DNA from: Rhodoferax sp.
Lineage (GTDB): Bacteria > Pseudomonadota > Gammaproteobacteria > Burkholderiales > Burkholderiaceae_C
Direction of reading: 5' to 3'
NCBI RefSeq assembly: GCF_028688795.1
Contig: NZ_JAQTXM010000014.1
Location: forward strand, 48,234-112,233
Length of the DNA: 64,000 nucleotides
A program made the translations under genes and the position numbers. Within the stretch, counting starts at the first letter, position 1. Each line of letters opens with the position of its first letter. This document shows, one piece after another, positions 6,544 through 15,681 of this stretch. Below the pieces are notes generated by a model. That model made no database searches, had not been told where the DNA came from, and saw nothing but the letters and a program-made list of their open reading frames with translations.

Positions 6544-8706
6544 ATGACATTCAACACACGCTTGGCGCAGCGTTTCAACGCTCTATTTTTTATAGCTGCT
6601 TGCGCAATATCTACGGGGGCTATAGGCCAAAATTCCATAAATTATTTGGTCACCACCGAACAGGTGCGTGCCGAGTTGATGGCGCACGCGCCTGATGGCG
6701 TTGACCCTGGCAAAACTGTCTGGGTGGGTTTACAACTCGCTCACCAGCCACATTGGCACACTTACTGGAAAAACTCCGGCGACTCAGGCCAGCCCACCAC
6801 GCTGGAGTGGAAGTTGCCGCCCGGCGTGCTGGCCGGCGACATTGCCTGGCCGGTGCCACAAAAATTGCCAATTGGCAACCTGGCCAACTATGGTTATGAA
6901 GGCACGGTGTTGTTGCCCGTGCCACTCACCATCACGCCAGACTTCAAACCCTCCGCGTTAAGCCCCGAACTGGAAATCAAGCTGCAAGCCAGCTGGCTGG
7001 TGTGCAAACTTGAGTGTGTGCCGCAAGACGGTGAATTTGTGCTGCGGATTCCCGTGCGGAGCTCCACCGGCATCAACGGCGCACAGTTTGATGCCGCCTT
7101 CAAAGCCTCACCAAAACCACTCAAGGACGCTGGCAGCATCCAGATCAAAGACCACACCCTGTACGTCTCTGTGGCCGGCCTGCCCACCAGCCTGCAAGGT
7201 AAAATCCTGGATTTTTTCCCTGAAACCCCCGAGGTGATTGAAACCGCTGCCCAGTGGACACAAAGCTGGCAGGGCGCGGTGTGGACAGCGGCTGTGCCGA
7301 TCTCAAAGCAGCGCAGCGCCAGCCCGGAGGTGATGCCGCTGGTGCTGGCCGGCGTGGCCGGTAAAGAGCGCCTGGGCTTCACCGTACAGACCAAAGTCAG
7401 TGGCAACTGGCCGGCCATGGCTCCGCTGGGTGGCGCTGCAGCCACACCGGCTAACGTCAGCCCCTCTGCCGCCAGCGCGCCTGTCGGTGCTGCGGCAAAC
7501 CTGCCCACATCGCTCTGGCTGGCCCTGCTCGGTGCGCTCTTGGGCGGCATGATCCTAAACCTGATGCCCTGTGTGTTCCCAGTGCTGGCCATCAAGGTGG
7601 TGGGCTTTGCACGCCATGGCACCAACCAGCGCCGCCAGCGCGTGGGTGGGCTGGCCTACAGCGCGGGTGTGGTGCTGTCATTTGTCGCCTTGGGCGCGCT
7701 GATGCTTGCCTTGCGTGGCGCGGGCGAGCAACTGGGTTGGGGCTTTCAGCTGCAGTCACCCGCCGTGGTGGCGGCCCTGGCCGTGTTGTTCACCGTGATT
7801 GGGCTCAATTTGGCTGGTTTGTTTGAGTTTGGCCAATTTGTGCCCAGCAGCGTGGCCTTGCTGGAGGCAAAAAACCCGTCGGTGGATGCGTTTTTGTCGG
7901 GCATTCTGGCTGTGGTGATTGCCTCGCCCTGCACGGCGCCGTTCATGGGTGCCTCGCTTGGTTTGGCGCTGGCCTTGCCCGCCGCGCAGGCGCTGGCCAT
8001 TTTTGCAGCCATTGGTGTGGGTATGGCGCTGCCGTATCTGGCGGCCAGTTGGTCACCCGCGCTGGCCCGCCTGTTGCCGCGTCCCGGGGCCTGGATGGAC
8101 ACCTTCCGACACGCCATGGCGTTCCCGATGTTCGCCACCGTGGTCTGGTTGGTGTGGGTGTTGGGCCAGCAAAGCGGCATTGACGGGGCTACCGCCCTGC
8201 TGGCCTTGCTGCTGGCGCTGGCCCTGATGATCTGGGCGTTCGGCTTGCGCGGGCGTGGTCGCTTCTTTGTTGCTACTTTTTCAATAGCTGTTCTCGCACT
8301 ATTGACGGTTGCTATAGGCCAAAATGTCACTAAGCTTTCAGAAAATCCAGACACCGCTACCAGTACTGCACTGTGGCAACCTTGGGCGCCGGGCAAGGTG
8401 GACCAAGTGCTGGCCACGGGTGTGCCGGTGTTTGTGGATTTCACCGCCGCCTGGTGCGTGACTTGCCAGTACAACAAAAAAACCACCTTGGCCAATGCCG
8501 AGGTACTGGCCGACTTTGCCGCCAGAAAAGTCACCCTGTTGCGCGCCGACTGGACGCGCCGCGACCCGGCCATCACCGCTGCGCTGGCACAACTGGGACG
8601 CAACGGCGTGCCGGTGTATGTGCTGTACCAAACTGGCCGGGCACCCGTGGTTCTGTCCGAGATTTTGTCGGTCAGTGAAGTTCACAAGGCACTGGAAAGT
8701 TTGTAA
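6544..8706 (+). CDS. dsbD: DsbD-family protein-disulfide reductase (N-terminal periplasmic domain, membrane core, C-terminal thioredoxin)
   Basis: HWHTYWKNSGDSGQPT N-domain motif; membrane core with LMPCVFPVL and SPCTAPF cysteines; C-terminal VFVDFTAAWCVTCQ thioredoxin motif. Contains repeat copies A and B. Confidence 0.85.
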   Translation: MTFNTRLAQRFNALFFIAACAISTGAIGQNSINYLVTTEQVRAELMAHAPDGVDPGKTVWVGLQLAHQPHWHTYWKNSGDSGQPTTLEWKLPPGVLAGDIAWPVPQKLPIGNLANYGYEGTVLLPVPLTITPDFKPSALSPELEIKLQASWLVCKLECVPQDGEFVLRIPVRSSTGINGAQFDAAFKASPKPLKDAGSIQIKDHTLYVSVAGLPTSLQGKILDFFPETPEVIETAAQWTQSWQGAVWTAAVPISKQRSASPEVMPLVLAGVAGKERLGFTVQTKVSGNWPAMAPLGGAAATPANVSPSAASAPVGAAANLPTSLWLALLGALLGGMILNLMPCVFPVLAIKVVGFARHGTNQRRQRVGGLAYSAGVVLSFVALGALMLALRGAGEQLGWGFQLQSPAVVAALAVLFTVIGLNLAGLFEFGQFVPSSVALLEAKNPSVDAFLSGILAVVIASPCTAPFMGASLGLALALPAAQALAIFAAIGVGMALPYLAASWSPALARLLPRPGAWMDTFRHAMAFPMFATVVWLVWVLGQQSGIDGATALLALLLALALMIWAFGLRGRGRFFVATFSIAVLALLTVAIGQNVTKLSENPDTATSTALWQPWAPGKVDQVLATGVPVFVDFTAAWCVTCQYNKKTTLANAEVLADFAARKVTLLRADWTRRDPAITAALAQLGRNGVPVYVLYQTGRAPVVLSEILSVSEVHKALESL
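6580..6646 (+). repeat. Repeat copy A, sense, inside dsbD (signal-peptide region)
   Basis: GCTCTAttttttATAGCTGCTTGCGCaatatctacGGGGGCTATAGGCCaaaattccATAAATTatt. Peptide NALFFIAACAISTGAIGQNSINYL. Confidence 0.9.
8272..8330 (+). repeat. Repeat copy B, sense, inside dsbD (TM segment before the thioredoxin domain)
   Basis: GCTACtttttcaATAGCTGTTCTCGCactattgacGGTTGCTATAGGCCaaaatgtcac. Peptide VATFSIAVLALLTVAIGQNVT. Confidence 0.9.
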
Positions 8707-8790
8707 GACGCCAGGGGTGGCATAGGTCAGTGCCGAGCTTGCGTTGTCTGAATACGCCATGCCATTGCCCCCACCGCACTGAAGCACATC

Positions 8791-10584
8791 ATGGCCAAGC
8801 GTTCTTCTTTTCTTTTCAAGGCAGTTTTCATCCTGCTGGGTGCGTGCAGCTTTGGCCAAACACCAGTGCTTGCCAAAGAAGTTGTCATTGGTGTGTTTGC
8901 TTACCAGGGCGAACGCGAGTCGACCGCAGACTGGTCGCCCGTGCTCAGTTACCTCAATGGCGCATTGCCTACCTACCAGTTCCGTCTGGCTAATTTTGAT
9001 GCCGGCGGGCTGCGTGCGGCGATTGCGCAGCAGCGCGTGGACATGGTCATTACCAACCCCGGCTACTACGTCGCCATGGAGTATGAGTTCGGACTGAGCC
9101 GGATTGCCACCCTGACCTCACCGCAGGCCCTGTCCCCCGCCAAGGCGATTGGTTCGGTGGTCATTGTTCGCGCCGACCGAAGCGACTTAAAAGCGTTGTC
9201 AGATTTGAGTGGCAAACGCCTGGCCGCTGTGGCACCGCAGGCCTTTGGCGGCTATCTGGTGGTGGCGCGTGAGCTGCTGCGCCAAGGCATCGATCCGGAA
9301 TCCGACCTCAAGGAAATACGCTTTATGGGCTTGCCAATGACGCAAATCATTGCGGCCGTGCAAAGCGGTGCCGTAGATGCCGGGGTGATCCGCACCTGTC
9401 TGGCTGAACAACTGGCGCACCAGGGAGCACTCCGCATGGCAGACTTCCGGGTGCTGTCACCGCGCCACGAGGACGGTTTTGAGTGCGCCTTGTCGACACC
9501 GCTTTACCCTGACTGGCCGATTGCCGTCACCCGCACCACCGATCACAAGCTGGCCAAGCGGGTCGCCCGGGCACTCCTGGCGATGCCTGACACACCCGGC
9601 GGCCTGAGTTGGTCAGTGCCTGCAGACTACCAGCCGGTGCATGAGTTGTACCGCACACTTCGCATGGAACCCTACGCCTTCCTTCGGGAAAACACACCAA
9701 AAGCCTTGCTCCATCGCTTCTGGCCCTGGCTGCTGGGCTTTTTGCTGGTGTTGGTGGCCTGGGCCATCCACACCTTTCGGGTTGACAAGCTGGTGCTACG
9801 CCGAACGGCACAACTGCGTGAGTCACTGAATGCCCGCGAAGCCGCTGAAGCGCGCATGCGGGGCCATCAGGAACAAATGGAGCACCTGTCGCGCCTGTCC
9901 ATCCTGGGTGAACTCTCCAGCAACCTGGCGCATGAGATAAACCAGCCGCTCACCACCATCGGAAATTACGCGCGCAGCGTGTTGCGTCGTCAAGCCGATG
10001 GCCGACTGAGCCCTGAGGCGGTGTTGGAGGCCTGCACTGAAATTGACAACGAGGCGCAACGCGCCAGCGGCATCGTGCGACGCATTCGCCACTTTGCCCG
10101 CAAGCGCCCCGCGGTCCGCGAGCCGGTCGACGTGGCGCAACTGGCCGCCGAAGCACGTCGTTTGCTGCTGGGCATGCTGATGCACCCGCCCGCCATCCTC
10201 ATTGAAGACGTGACCGGCACGGGCTGCGACGTCTTGGCCGACGGGCCGCAGATTCAGCAGGTCTTGCTCAACCTGCTCAAAAATGCCATCGATGCCGGTC
10301 GCGACCTGCCCACTGAGCGCCAGGGTATTTTTCTGCGCATCGAAAGCGTAGAAAATCGGCAACTGGTGCATGTCATTGACCAGGGCTGTGGGCTGACGCC
10401 GGACGACCTGAGTCACCTGTTTGAACCCTTTTTCACCACCAAGCCAGACGGCTTGGGGCTGGGCTTGCCGATCTGCAAAACCATCATCGAAGCACACGGC
10501 GGTCGCCTGTGGGCTGAGATGAACCCGCAAGGCCCCGGCATGTGTTTCTCTTTTTCCCTACCTTGCCATGTTACACCTGCCTGA
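8791..10584 (+). CDS. Sensor histidine kinase with periplasmic PhnD/TtrS-type solute-binding domain
   Basis: Signal peptide, then VVIGVFAYQGERESTADWSPVLSYLNGALPTYQFRL...VDMVITNPGYYV...RIATL (TtrS-like periplasmic domain). One TM, H-box SNLAHEINQPL, N/G boxes LLNLLKNAIDA and DQGCG...GLGLGLPICK. Confidence 0.85.
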   Translation: MAKRSSFLFKAVFILLGACSFGQTPVLAKEVVIGVFAYQGERESTADWSPVLSYLNGALPTYQFRLANFDAGGLRAAIAQQRVDMVITNPGYYVAMEYEFGLSRIATLTSPQALSPAKAIGSVVIVRADRSDLKALSDLSGKRLAAVAPQAFGGYLVVARELLRQGIDPESDLKEIRFMGLPMTQIIAAVQSGAVDAGVIRTCLAEQLAHQGALRMADFRVLSPRHEDGFECALSTPLYPDWPIAVTRTTDHKLAKRVARALLAMPDTPGGLSWSVPADYQPVHELYRTLRMEPYAFLRENTPKALLHRFWPWLLGFLLVLVAWAIHTFRVDKLVLRRTAQLRESLNAREAAEARMRGHQEQMEHLSRLSILGELSSNLAHEINQPLTTIGNYARSVLRRQADGRLSPEAVLEACTEIDNEAQRASGIVRRIRHFARKRPAVREPVDVAQLAAEARRLLLGMLMHPPAILIEDVTGTGCDVLADGPQIQQVLLNLLKNAIDAGRDLPTERQGIFLRIESVENRQLVHVIDQGCGLTPDDLSHLFEPFFTTKPDGLGLGLPICKTIIEAHGGRLWAEMNPQGPGMCFSFSLPCHVTPA

Positions 10585-11200
10585 ACAACCGATCGTCTAT
10601 GTCGTTGACGACGACCCGGCACTGTGCCGCTCGCTGCGTTTTCTGCTGGAGTCGGTTGGCTGGACCGTACAACTGTTCTCCTCTGCGGCCGAATTTTTGC
10701 CGGTAGCCAGCGTGCTGTCGCGTCCTTGCTGCCTGCTGCTCGATATCCGGATGCCCGGCATGAGTGGGCTGGAATTGCAGCAGGTGCTGCATGCGCGCGG
10801 GTTTGCCGTCCCCGTTCTATTCATGACCGGGCACGCCGATGTGTCCATGGCCGTTCAGGCCCTGAAATCAGGGGCTTTTGATTTCATCGAAAAACCGTTC
10901 AACGACCAAAAAGTACTGGATTCGGTAGCGGCCGCCATGCGGCACTGCACCGACACGCTGGATGAGGCACAGCGCCGTGATGTGGCGCAACTGGCCCTGA
11001 CCCACCTGTCGCCACGCGAGCGCGAGGTAGCGCAATTGGTGGCCCTAGGCCGACCCAACAAGTTGATTGCCAGCGCCCTGAACATCAGTGAAAAGACAGT
11101 GCACATCCACCGCCAGCACATCATGGAAAAGGCTGGCATCTCATCGGCGGCCGAACTGGCCCGCCTGATGCTGCGGGCCAACCCGGATGCCCTGGACTAA
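10568..11200 (+). CDS. FixJ/LuxR-family response regulator
   Basis: Receiver domain (VYVVDDD...LLLDIRMPGMSGLEL...TGHADV) plus C-terminal LuxR HTH (LSPREREVAQLVALGRPNKLIASALNISEKTVHIHR). Overlaps the kinase gene by 17 nt. Confidence 0.9.
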   Translation: MLHLPEQPIVYVVDDDPALCRSLRFLLESVGWTVQLFSSAAEFLPVASVLSRPCCLLLDIRMPGMSGLELQQVLHARGFAVPVLFMTGHADVSMAVQALKSGAFDFIEKPFNDQKVLDSVAAAMRHCTDTLDEAQRRDVAQLALTHLSPREREVAQLVALGRPNKLIASALNISEKTVHIHRQHIMEKAGISSAAELARLMLRANPDALD

Positions 11201-11203
11201 GGC

Positions 11204-13243
11204 TTAATAACGCGCATCTGCCGGTTTGCCACCTTTGGGCCAGTCATTGGCTTTTCCAGCAAAATCCGGGCGCGGCATGTGCGAGAAATAGTGCGCCACA
11301 TCCACCGCGTCCTGATCGCTCAGGTTACCCTGCGCCAACGGGAACTTCTGGCCGTGCCCCATCACCATGTTGGCCTTGACGAAGGCCGCAGCGGTGTAGG
11401 TTCTGGCCATGCCGGCCCCAATGTTGAATGAGGCGTCACCCCACAAGGCTGGGAAAGCGACGTTGCCGTCCGCCTGCTTCATGCCCTGGCCATCCTGACC
11501 ATGGCAAACGGCGCATTGGTCGCCGTAAACCCTTTTGCCGTTGTCCGGGTTGGCCACCAGGGTCTTGTCAATCTTCTCGGTGCCACGTCCGGGCACCTTG
11601 TCGCCCATCTTGACACTGCCTTGCATCCAGTCGGTGTAAGCCACCATGGCCTTCATCTCGGCTGAGGTTTTGGCCAGCGGTTTGCCGTTCATGGAGCGTT
11701 TAAAGCAGCCGTTGATGCGGTCTTCCAGATCAATCACCCGACCCGCCCGGGGCGCTTCCGACGGAAAGAAAGCAGAGATGCCGACAAACGGCGAGCCTTT
11801 GGCCACCGTGCCGCCATTCAAGTGGCAACTGGAACAATTCAACTCATTGCCCACATGCTCTGGCAACAAGGCTTTGGTTTGTGTCATCAGGCGCATGCCC
11901 TGAATAAGTTGATCGGCATTCGGGCGCTCAAGCAGTGCGGCAAATCGTGGTGTGACAAATTTTGACGGTTCAGCTGGCTTAAGCTTGAGTTCATCACGAA
12001 TCTTGCGCACCTGATCGACGCTGACCGGCTCACCCTGGTTTCCCCATTTGGTGCGCACGAATGTGGCAATCTCGGCAATTTCGCGGTCATCCAGGCTGCT
12101 GTAGCCCGGCATGCCAAAGGCGCGTGGCGTGGTTTGTGTCACTGCAGACTGCCAGCCGCTAAGCATGATGTGGATCACCGAGGTGGCGTCTTTGGCTTGA
12201 ACCGAAGTATTTTGGGCCAATGGCGGAAAGATGTCGCCCACTCCCAGGCCGTCACGGCGGTGGCAGGTCGAACAAAACTGCACATAGCCCAGTCCGCCAC
12301 GCGTTTTGTAAAGCTCTTGCGCACTGGCTTGCGTGACAACTGCGGGCGCTTTACGGCCATTGGCTGCATCACCTGCAGGCAGGGATTTCAGATACTCAGC
12401 CAGCGCATTCAGATCAGCATCGGTAAAGTACTGCGTGCTGTGCTGAATCACCTCCGTCATGCTGCCAGAAGCCGCACCAAAACTGTTGCGCCCGGTTTTC
12501 AGAAAACGCACCGTCTCAGGCACGGTCCAAAGGTCACGCAGGTTGACCGCATGCCAGGCTTCAAAGGTAAAACCCGAAAGATAGAGTTTTCCAGACGACT
12601 CGGCATCACCCATGGCTTTTTCCTGGAAGGCGAGGCCACGCGGCGTGTGACAGGAGCCGCAGTGGCCCAGCCCTTGCGCAAGATACGAACCCCGATTCCA
12701 TAAGGCTGATTTGGCCAAATCTGGCTTGAACACCTCATCGTCCAGGAACACCGCTTTCCACAGGCTCAAGCCCCAGCGCATGCTGAATGGCCACTTCATG
12801 GTGCTGGGCGTGTTGGCCTGCTGAACGGGGGGCACGCCGTGCTGCAGGTAGGCGAAGAGGGCTTGCATATCGTCGCTTGTTATCTTGGCATACGACGGAA
12901 ACGGCATGGCAGGGTAAAGATTGTGCCCATCGGCAGCCACGCCCTTGCGCATGGCCTGATCAAACTGGGCGTAGCTGTACTTGCCGATGCCAGTGCTGGC
13001 GTCCGGTGTGATGTTGGTCGAGTAAATCACGCCAAACGGGCTGCTAAGTGCCAGACCTCCTGCCATGGGTTTGCCGTTTGCTGCGGTGTGGCACGCCACA
13101 CAGTCGCCCAGCCGGGCAACGTATTCACCGCGCTTGATTTGCTCGGCGGGAGGATCAGAAGCCGCCATTGCAGAGGCGCTCAGCAGCGCCAACAGCGTTG
13201 GCAAATAGACGCGCAGATGGCGCAAGACAGATCGAAAATTCAT
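11204..13243 (-). CDS. tsdA: Pentahaem c-type cytochrome: N-terminal trihaem (dehydrogenase cytochrome-c-subunit-like) module fused to a C-terminal TsdA-like dihaem thiosulfate dehydrogenase module
   Basis: Signal peptide and five CxxCH motifs (CVACH, CGSCH, CSTCH, CSSCH, CAVCH). The C-terminal ~260 aa (NCSSCHLNGG...DLEDRINGCFKRSMNGKPL...MKAMVAYTDWM...CAVCHGQDGQG...FPALWGDASFNIGAGMAR...LSDQDAVDVAHYFSHMPRP) match TsdA as I remember it. The N-terminal ~420 aa look like the trihaem cytochrome subunit of membrane dehydrogenases. Confidence 0.8.
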   Translation of the reverse strand: MNFRSVLRHLRVYLPTLLALLSASAMAASDPPAEQIKRGEYVARLGDCVACHTAANGKPMAGGLALSSPFGVIYSTNITPDASTGIGKYSYAQFDQAMRKGVAADGHNLYPAMPFPSYAKITSDDMQALFAYLQHGVPPVQQANTPSTMKWPFSMRWGLSLWKAVFLDDEVFKPDLAKSALWNRGSYLAQGLGHCGSCHTPRGLAFQEKAMGDAESSGKLYLSGFTFEAWHAVNLRDLWTVPETVRFLKTGRNSFGAASGSMTEVIQHSTQYFTDADLNALAEYLKSLPAGDAANGRKAPAVVTQASAQELYKTRGGLGYVQFCSTCHRRDGLGVGDIFPPLAQNTSVQAKDATSVIHIMLSGWQSAVTQTTPRAFGMPGYSSLDDREIAEIATFVRTKWGNQGEPVSVDQVRKIRDELKLKPAEPSKFVTPRFAALLERPNADQLIQGMRLMTQTKALLPEHVGNELNCSSCHLNGGTVAKGSPFVGISAFFPSEAPRAGRVIDLEDRINGCFKRSMNGKPLAKTSAEMKAMVAYTDWMQGSVKMGDKVPGRGTEKIDKTLVANPDNGKRVYGDQCAVCHGQDGQGMKQADGNVAFPALWGDASFNIGAGMARTYTAAAFVKANMVMGHGQKFPLAQGNLSDQDAVDVAHYFSHMPRPDFAGKANDWPKGGKPADARY

Positions 13244-13395
13244 GGGACACCTTCATGACAGACAGGTGTCCAGCTTATGCCGTTTGACCTCATTGCGACA
13301 TTGGAAGATCAGTCCATCGAGCTAGGAACATTTACCTATGCCAGCGACCGACAACCGCCGCATGGCTACGCGCGATCTCCGACAACCACGCCCGC

Positions 13396-13427
13396 TAAGA
13401 CTTCCTTAAGACTCGCCCCTTAAGCTT
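13396..13427 (+). promoter_or_regulatory. Candidate response-regulator site: phased direct repeats upstream of the SHP operon
   Basis: TAAGACT at 13396-13402 and 13407-13413 (11-bp phasing) and TAAGCTT at 13421-13427, 27-58 bp upstream of the SHP start codon. Confidence 0.25.
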
Positions 13428-13453
13428 CAACCACGTTAACAAAAAGGTTAAGC

Positions 13454-13843
13454 ATGCACACCAAACGCTCCACATCCCACTTGCTGGCCTGCCTGGCCAT
13501 CGCATTGCCACTGGCCGCTGCAGCCAACCCCATCCTGGATGGCTACAAGGCAGAGATCAAAGGCACGTTCACCGCCGCCGCAGGCGAAAAACTGTACAAA
13601 ACCGTGGGACCCAACCAACTGTCCTGTGCGTCGTGCCATACCGACTCACCCAAAAATGTCGGCAAACACGCCAAGACCAACAAGGTCATTGACCCCATGG
13701 CCCCCAGCGTCAACCCTAAGCGTTTCACAGACGTGACCCAGGTTGAAAAGTGGTTCAAGCGCAATTGCAACGACGCTTTGGGCCGAGCCTGCACCACGCA
13801 GGAAAAAGGCGACTTCATGACTTATGTGTTGTCGGTCAAATAA
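13454..13843 (+). CDS. SHP-type monohaem cytochrome c (DUF1924 family)
   Basis: Signal peptide, single CASCH, C-terminal ...KWFKRNCNDALGRACTTQEKGDFMTYV, about 105 aa mature. Family call from memory of the sphaeroides haem protein family. Confidence 0.75.
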   Translation: MHTKRSTSHLLACLAIALPLAAAANPILDGYKAEIKGTFTAAAGEKLYKTVGPNQLSCASCHTDSPKNVGKHAKTNKVIDPMAPSVNPKRFTDVTQVEKWFKRNCNDALGRACTTQEKGDFMTYVLSVK

Positions 13844-13853
13844 GGAGCGCACC

Positions 13854-14336
13854 ATGACATTTTTCAAACCTCTTTTGCTGGCCGTGCTGGCTGCAGCCTC
13901 TTTGGGCGTCCAGGCCAAATACAACGGTGAAGACCGTGGCAAACCCGTGATGCCATCCACGAGCAACGCCAAAATGCAGGCCGAATGCTCGGGTTGCCAC
14001 ATGGCCTACCCAGCTGGCTTGCTACCTGCCGCCTCTTGGAAAAAAGTCATGACCGGGCTGGACAAACACTTTGGCACCGACGCCTCGCTGCCCACCGCCG
14101 ACACCAAAGAAATCACCGACTACCTGGTGAAGTACAGCTCCAACCGCTGGACCGCCAACACAGCCCCGCTGCGCATCACCGAGAGCGAATGGTTCAAATC
14201 CAAGCACAACAGCCGCGAGATCAACCCGGCGGTGTGGAAGCGCGAATCGATCAAAAGTCCCGCCAATTGCTCAGCTTGCCACAGCGCTGCCGCTCAAGGC
14301 GACTTCAACGAAGATCGCATTCGCATCCCCAAATAG
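13854..14336 (+). CDS. Dihaem cytochrome c (DHC family)
   Basis: AAGGAG RBS 8 nt before ATG 13854. Signal peptide; CSGCH and CSACH; ...LLPAASWKKVMTGLDKHFGTDASL... DHC pattern. Confidence 0.85.
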   Translation: MTFFKPLLLAVLAAASLGVQAKYNGEDRGKPVMPSTSNAKMQAECSGCHMAYPAGLLPAASWKKVMTGLDKHFGTDASLPTADTKEITDYLVKYSSNRWTANTAPLRITESEWFKSKHNSREINPAVWKRESIKSPANCSACHSAAAQGDFNEDRIRIPK

Positions 14337-14395
14337 GCTGATTGAACACGTGCGTTTCTGATTTGAGTCACCGGCCTTTTCCAGAGAGTTCCCCC

Positions 14396-15604
14396 ATGCG
14401 ACCCACCCTGATCTGGGACCTGCCCACCCGCCTATTTCACTGGGCGCTGGCCAGCAGCTTTGCTCTGGCGTGGCTCACCAGCGACAGCGATCCGTGGCTC
14501 GCGGTTCATGTGTTCGTGGGTTATTTGATGCTGGGGCTGGTGGGCTTTCGATTGGTCTGGGGCTTGGTGGGTTCACATTTTTCGCGCTTTGCCAGTTTCT
14601 GGTTTGGCCCAAAAGCGGCTCTGGAATACCTTAAACAAGTGGCAAAAGGCCGTGCGCCACGCCATGTCGGGCACAACCCCACAGGCAGCTTGGCGATTTA
14701 CATCTTGTTGGGCCTGTCTGTGTTGGTGGGGCTGACCGGCGTTCTGACCCTGGGCGGTGACGAACAACAAGGGCTGGCTGCGGGGTGGTTCAGCTTTGCC
14801 CAGGCGCGGATACTGAAAGAGCTGCATGAACTCGGCGCCATCGCCATGCTTGTGGTGGTCATTGGCCACATCACCGGCGTGGTGGTGGAAAGCCTTCTGC
14901 ACAAGGAAAACCTGGCGCGCTCGATGGTCACGGGGTTCAAACAAGCCGACGCTGGCACGCCCAAAACCAATGCGCGCCCGTTGGTGGCCGTGTTGATGCT
15001 GTTGGCCATGCTGGGCTTTGGCGGCTGGTGGTTCACCTACGCGATTGACAGGCAGATCGACACTCAAACCTGGAACACCCGACTGGAAAGCGGCACGGTT
15101 GAGGAGCCCCATGTGAAATTTGTCGGCAAACAGTTGCCCGACAACCCGCAGTGGCGCGACGAGTGTGGCAGCTGTCACAACGTGTTTTACCCCGCACTGT
15201 TGCCCGCACGTTCGTGGCAAAAAATGATGACCGAGCAAGACAAGCACTTCGGCACCGATCTGGGCTTTGACAAAGCCACCAGCGATGCCATTTTGAAATT
15301 CATGGTGGACAACGCCGCCGAAAAACACGCCGTTGAAGCTGCCTATAAGATAGAGCAGTCTATTGCCGCCACAGACACGCCTTTGCGCGTCACCGAGACG
15401 CCTTATTGGGTCAAAAAGCACCGTGAAATCGCCGCGTCCGACTGGGCCAACCCGCTGGTCAAGAGCAAAACCAATTGTGCTGCCTGCCACAGCGATGCCG
15501 ATAACGGCACGTTTGAGGACGGCGCCATGCACATCCCCGCGGCACCCAAAGCAGTTACGTCGGCTGCCGTAGCAGCGCCCGTGCCTGCTGCATCCAAGCC
15601 GTAA
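14396..15604 (+). CDS. Membrane cytochrome b (b561 / Ni-Fe hydrogenase b-type family) fused to a C-terminal DHC dihaem cytochrome c domain
   Basis: Start at [27 protein letters not shown] (ATG 14396). Four TM helices with conserved His. The C-terminal [36 protein letters not shown]...NCAACH is a paralogue of the upstream DHC gene. Confidence 0.85.
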   Translation: MRPTLIWDLPTRLFHWALASSFALAWLTSDSDPWLAVHVFVGYLMLGLVGFRLVWGLVGSHFSRFASFWFGPKAALEYLKQVAKGRAPRHVGHNPTGSLAIYILLGLSVLVGLTGVLTLGGDEQQGLAAGWFSFAQARILKELHELGAIAMLVVVIGHITGVVVESLLHKENLARSMVTGFKQADAGTPKTNARPLVAVLMLLAMLGFGGWWFTYAIDRQIDTQTWNTRLESGTVEEPHVKFVGKQLPDNPQWRDECGSCHNVFYPALLPARSWQKMMTEQDKHFGTDLGFDKATSDAILKFMVDNAAEKHAVEAAYKIEQSIAATDTPLRVTETPYWVKKHREIAASDWANPLVKSKTNCAACHSDADNGTFEDGAMHIPAAPKAVTSAAVAAPVPAASKP

Positions 15605-15681
15605 CCGTCTCACATAAGCGCTACGGGCCTCGCAATGCAGCGTGGCATGGCCTCTGGCTCGTGGCTTGCGATAATCAAGCC

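Noticed and set aside
8800-8880. Signal peptide of the histidine kinase as another repeat copy (peptide FLFKAVFILLGACSFGQTP resembles the sense peptide)
   Set aside because: Codon-by-codon DNA identity to copy B is only about 39 % by hand, with no TAGC/GCTA cores and no AT-rich flanks. It is an ordinary signal peptide.
15335-15378. Short AT-richer stretch (GCCTATAAGATAGAGCAGTCTATTGCC) in the cytochrome b::DHC gene resembling a collapsed repeat
   Set aside because: Only about 30 nt, arms incomplete, and no in-frame alignment to the antisense copies. Ambiguous, so not counted.
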